This document shows, piece after piece, positions 60,301 through 64,000 of a stretch of DNA of 64,000 nucleotides. The notes beneath the pieces are model-generated. The model did no database searches and was not told the origin of the DNA. It worked only from the letters and a program-made list of their open reading frames with translations. Made by a program: the position numbers and the translations under genes. Source of the DNA: Giardia intestinalis (lineage: Eukaryota); the NCBI GenBank assembly GCA_000002435.2, contig CM018792.1; one strand, written 5' to 3'. Each line of letters opens with the position of its first letter. Positions within the stretch are counted from its first letter, which is position 1.

Positions 60301-63023
60301 CGATAGCAGCCAGCGTATCTGCTGTCCAAACGAACCTGGCTGCGCCTTCCTGTGGCAGGCGGGCCACTATCGAACCTCTCAATCTGCACGACTGCCCTGT
60401 ATCACCGTGTTGAACAGTCTTTTCATCTTTGGTCAGAGGATTGCTACACGTGTTACAAGCTTGGCTCGTCCATCAACCAGGTGGTGGCTCAGCGCTCGCT
60501 CTTGCTTGTCTCCCAATCCAGACGCCAACGCTTGCCGTTGTACTCAGATCAGTATCACCTATACATCTGCTTCCACCATCCTTCAGAGCACATGCTCTAC
60601 AGCCGAAGGCCGATGCCCCCTATTACGAAGAGGAGTGTCCCCCGACTTACTCCACCTTAAGTAGGCCTACTAGGCACACTCTTGTCTGCTTCCTTACCTT
60701 CCTGCCTGCAGGCCGCCACGTGGTTCTCCTTCGTCGCTCCGCTTCACACATGTGTCGCGTCATCGAGCGTTCGTGACCTCAAGTGACCACCCGGAATCAG
60801 ACCCTTCGCACTATACTACAGGCAGCTCAGCATAGGCATGACCCATAAGCAACGCTGGTCCTCTTGGCGCGCCCACCAGCTGAACGCTGTTACTCTGGCC
60901 CAACCAGCCAGCAAGAGGCCTTAGCTCGTGCTCCAAGCTATCCACGAAGCATGGCTACTCTAGGGGGTTCCCGAGCACAGTCAACAGCCACAACGTATCT
61001 CAATCGGTCACAGGGTAGCCACTTTCATCGGAAATCCATGTGGGGGACACATCTTTGGCAGCAGCTGATCACCTTTATCTTCGAGTCTCTACTAGGCCAT
61101 AGCTAGCACCAACCGGAGTGGCAGGGTCAGCACGGCCTGGCCCAGCAGTGCCATCTGTCCTCACCGGCCCATAGAGTGTGCTCGACTCCACAACCTTATG
61201 ACTAGTTCTATAGCACGCTCTGGGTCCGATCGGTCAGGTGGCAGGACTATCAACTCTCGGGTGGCTGTGCTAAAACCTACTCTGGAGCGAGGCCACTGCA
61301 GCAGGGGCTAGATCCATCACACCAGAAGCGATCACCGGCTTCTCATCTACCGGATGGAAGCTGCAATAATGGCTGGGTAAGGAAACCAGCCTGGCAAGGT
61401 ATGACCGGCGGAGCGGATCCAAGCTCATCAGCAATCTACAATGCACACCACTCAGGCTCTATGGGTAGGCATAGCATTCGCTTGGTTCATGGTGATGGGC
61501 ATCGGTGGGTGTCCTTACGACACAAGGACAGTGACTAATGGACCACAACGGCTGTTCATTCATGTGACCCTCTAGCCACTAACATAGGCAGGCCTTCTAC
61601 AAGGCCCTTGCCTGGATCGTATCCGAGATATGTCCTTGCGGTATCTCTTGCTGTCCAGGTGCGTGTGACTGGACCTTCTACTTTTCACACTGGCTCGTGG
61701 ACGTCGGCGCTTTGGCCTCTGGTGGAGCTATAATAGAGATCTGGCATAGGGTGTGGTGCCGTTAGCTGAGCCTTATCATGCTCCCATGCACGACGGGAGA
61801 GAGCCGGTCCTCCTTGCACTGTGCAGGGAGAGAGGGGCATCGAACTACACTACACTCTATACCGTGTGGCGCGGTTTGCAGTGCAAGGGACAGAATGCCT
61901 GTACTGAGTGCCCATTTGTCCAGGCCAGCTACAGATCGGGCTGGAGGTGACAAGCGAGCGCTGCTCGATTCCTTATTAGCAGGTGGGAGCCTGACCGCCC
62001 TAATACTTGCATGAGGCCAAAGGAGCGCCGGATCATGAGCCTGGCCAACACCTGGCGGACCAGCATAGACACCTCGAGCTCCTATTCCTTCTCATTGACG
62101 ACAGCTTGATACGGAGAGTCTTTGTCGTCCCGCACACACAGATGCTCCCATTAGCGATAGCATCGGGGTGATTTGGGAGTAGTAGTGGAGTTCTCATTCA
62201 GCTGGCCCAGAAGACACACAGTTTGAGCAGCGTTTCCTCCTTGTTCAAGTTGAGAGAACCGACCTACGCCTTCGAACTCCATCTGGTACCTTTCATGCAC
62301 TACGGGATCTTGATAATATTCACTGCAAAGGGTTAGAACTGGAGCCTGTGTGCCCACCAGGTGGAAGCATTATACACGCTAGTCAATACCGATTCGCGCA
62401 TTCACGGACCTTGTGATCTTCCCAGGCCCCGCAAAGATCCACCTACGAGTGTCCTTCACCAGGTAGTCGGGCAACAGGCGTGACCAAGGGATAGGGATGC
62501 TGTATGGGCATCGGTGCATGGGCCAGACCCGCACAGAGAGGGCACAGGGGCTGGCTCTTCAGGGGTGCAGAGGTACTGGGAGAGGAACTAGTGGCAGACC
62601 TGCCACAAGAGGCCGGGTTCCCTCGATTCTGCAGGAGGCAGGTACACAGGGTTGCGTCGCTGTCTGTTTCTGGACTTTTTATCTATGCCTACACAGTGGA
62701 ATGATAAGTTTTTAGTCAAACTACGTTAGAAAGTCCCTATAGGTGTAAGCTATATACGCTACATTAAAGTACACATGATAGATACATTTATTACTTAAAT
62801 GAGTGCATGTGCTTTCCTTTTGCAGACGAATTTCCAGTAATTCTATGACATGTTAACAGAAGAGACAATCATCATTCAATCTAAAGTTAACTTCACATTA
62901 TGTTTCATTCCTCATATATTGCCAATTACATGTGCTGATTTCTATGAGCTGGATGTCTTTTGAAGATATGCAGCACTGACTCACAGCTCTACATAGATCG
63001 TTACTTGGCTACTCTTAGTCTCA
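57350..63023. other. ORF-poor block of about 5.7 kb (longest ORF 126 aa) between the subtilase-like gene and the VSP/HCMP gene. It is moderately GC-rich internally, with an A/T-rich final 320 bp.
   Basis: The six-frame track shows only short, mutually overlapping ORFs with no domain content. Everywhere else in the window, intergenic spacers are 355 bp or less. Confidence 0.5.
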
Positions 63024-64000
63024 ATGTTTGATAAACTCATTTTTGCGAGCTTGGCTTTACAATTAACTTGGGCAACACAAGTAAAGCGGATGGTGAGGTC
63101 TGCCACATGTGATTCAACTACCAGTGGATCAACCAAATGTGCAGCAGAAAAGTGCAATGTATGGATTGGAGGAAAGGATTATTGCTCGCAATGCTCTACT
63201 GATGCTGAGCTTCTTATTGATGGAGGATGTGCCCCAACTACTTCAGACCTAGCCAAAAAGTGTATAAGTGATAACAAAGGTAAATGCAGTTCCTGCGGAG
63301 ATGGCTACTTTCTTCACAAAGGTGGGTGCTACAAATTTGGTACTGCACCAGGAAATGCCGTGTGTACTGAACCATCTGCACCCGGAGATTCTCTTCCCGC
63401 AGGGGTGTGCACAACTTGTGGATCAGGGTACTTTAAGAATCCAGCAGAAAGCGCGGCAAGCACACCGCCATGTATTGCTTGCAATGACACAGCTGGCAAT
63501 AGCGGAAACACTGGACTCGTTGGATGCGGTACTTGTGACCCTCCTGTTTCTGGACAAGCAACATGCACATCATGTCTAGATGGATTTTTTGGAATAGGTG
63601 AGGGCACTGTTACTTGCACTGAATGCACAGGAGAATGCAAAACATGTAAGGGTGGTGCAGACCAATGTACATCTTGTAAAACATCATCAAAATACTTGAA
63701 AATTACAGACTCCGTCGCTGAAACCGGCGAATGTATTGATCAAGGACAATGTACAGAGACTCATTTCGCTATGGTAGATGGTGGTATAAATATGTGCTAT
63801 CTCTGTAATACTACTGATAAAGGTGGGAAAGTTGGATGCAGAACATGCACAAAAAGTGGTACAGTAACATGCAAGACGTGTCTTGATGGATTCTTTGGTA
63901 CTACTGATTGTGTAGCGTGCCATGAAGACTGCTTGACATGCAAAATCGAAGCAGCAAAATGTACTTCTTGTAAGGCAGATACTAAGCCATACTTTAAGGA
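63024..64000 (+). CDS. Cysteine-rich surface protein of the VSP / high-cysteine-membrane-protein type. It is 5'-complete and truncated at the 3' end by the window.
   Basis: ATG at 63024 followed by the signal peptide MFDKLIFASLALQLTWA. More than 25 CXXC motifs (CSQC, CSSC, CTTC, CTSC, CKTC...), GGCY and repeated GFFG motifs. Reading frame open to the window end, so it is absent from the ORF track. Confidence 0.7.
   Translation, partial: MFDKLIFASLALQLTWATQVKRMVRSATCDSTTSGSTKCAAEKCNVWIGGKDYCSQCSTDAELLIDGGCAPTTSDLAKKCISDNKGKCSSCGDGYFLHKGGCYKFGTAPGNAVCTEPSAPGDSLPAGVCTTCGSGYFKNPAESAASTPPCIACNDTAGNSGNTGLVGCGTCDPPVSGQATCTSCLDGFFGIGEGTVTCTECTGECKTCKGGADQCTSCKTSSKYLKITDSVAETGECIDQGQCTETHFAMVDGGINMCYLCNTTDKGGKVGCRTCTKSGTVTCKTCLDGFFGTTDCVACHEDCLTCKIEAAKCTSCKADTKPYFK

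Noticed and set aside
60284-60776. Three overlapping plus-strand ORFs in all three frames (126, 102 and 115 aa)
   Set aside because: Simultaneous openness of every frame is a composition effect inside the non-coding block. No domain, no start context and no periodicity.
1-64000. Prokaryotic defence island, CRISPR array or operon-encoded novel system
   Set aside because: No direct-repeat/spacer arrays are present. The gene content (ankyrin '21.1' proteins, NEK, Mps1, giardin, VSP), the ATG-adjacent A/T initiators and the lack of Shine-Dalgarno-type spacing indicate a diplomonad-like eukaryotic genome. Neighbouring genes are functionally unrelated.

Overview
This window reads as a compact, intron-poor eukaryotic locus, not a prokaryotic one. 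The strongest match is a diplomonad genome of the Giardia intestinalis type. The evidence is threefold. First, the gene content is Giardia-specific. There are four large ankyrin-repeat 'Protein 21.1'-type genes carrying the recurring motif GxTALMxAA. There is a NEK-like pseudokinase fused to ankyrin repeats, a striated-fibre-assemblin (giardin-family) gene, and a 5'-partial cysteine-rich surface protein of VSP/HCMP type (CXXC and GGCY motifs) at the 3' edge. Second, the architecture is extreme. Intergenic spacers run from 0 to about 350 bp, with short A/T-rich initiator elements directly abutting the ATG codons. Third, convergent genes abut or overlap by a few bases. I call about 28 protein-coding genes on both strands. 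Twelve of the ORF-track starts are TTG/GTG artefacts or overlap a neighbour and were trimmed to the next in-frame ATG; three of these trims (genes 9, 22, 26) are judgement calls. Recognisable products are: a 5'-nucleotidase-family metallophosphoesterase, a NOL1/NOP2/Sun RNA m5C methyltransferase, a PLAA/Doa1-like WD40-PFU protein, Nob1, an Mps1/TTK-like kinase, an S41-peptidase-like membrane protein, a GNL3/Nug1-type GTPase, an ABHD-type hydrolase, a LisH-coiled-coil-WD40 protein, a C4HC3 zinc-finger protein and a kexin-like subtilase. I found no CRISPR array, no prokaryotic defence or operon system, and no convincing tRNA or rRNA gene. The most unusual structure is a roughly 5.7-kb stretch (57350-63023) without credible ORFs in an otherwise saturated coding landscape, lying directly upstream of the VSP/HCMP gene. 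Other observations are a GC-rich C-terminal segment inside one large gene, a stop codon running straight into the next start (TAAATG), and two convergent gene pairs that overlap by 6 bp inside a palindromic TCATGA. Other observations are a 17-bp double-E-box palindrome in a promoter region, and an intragenic tandem array of RRxS motifs. All functional calls rest on motif recognition by eye; nothing was run against a database.
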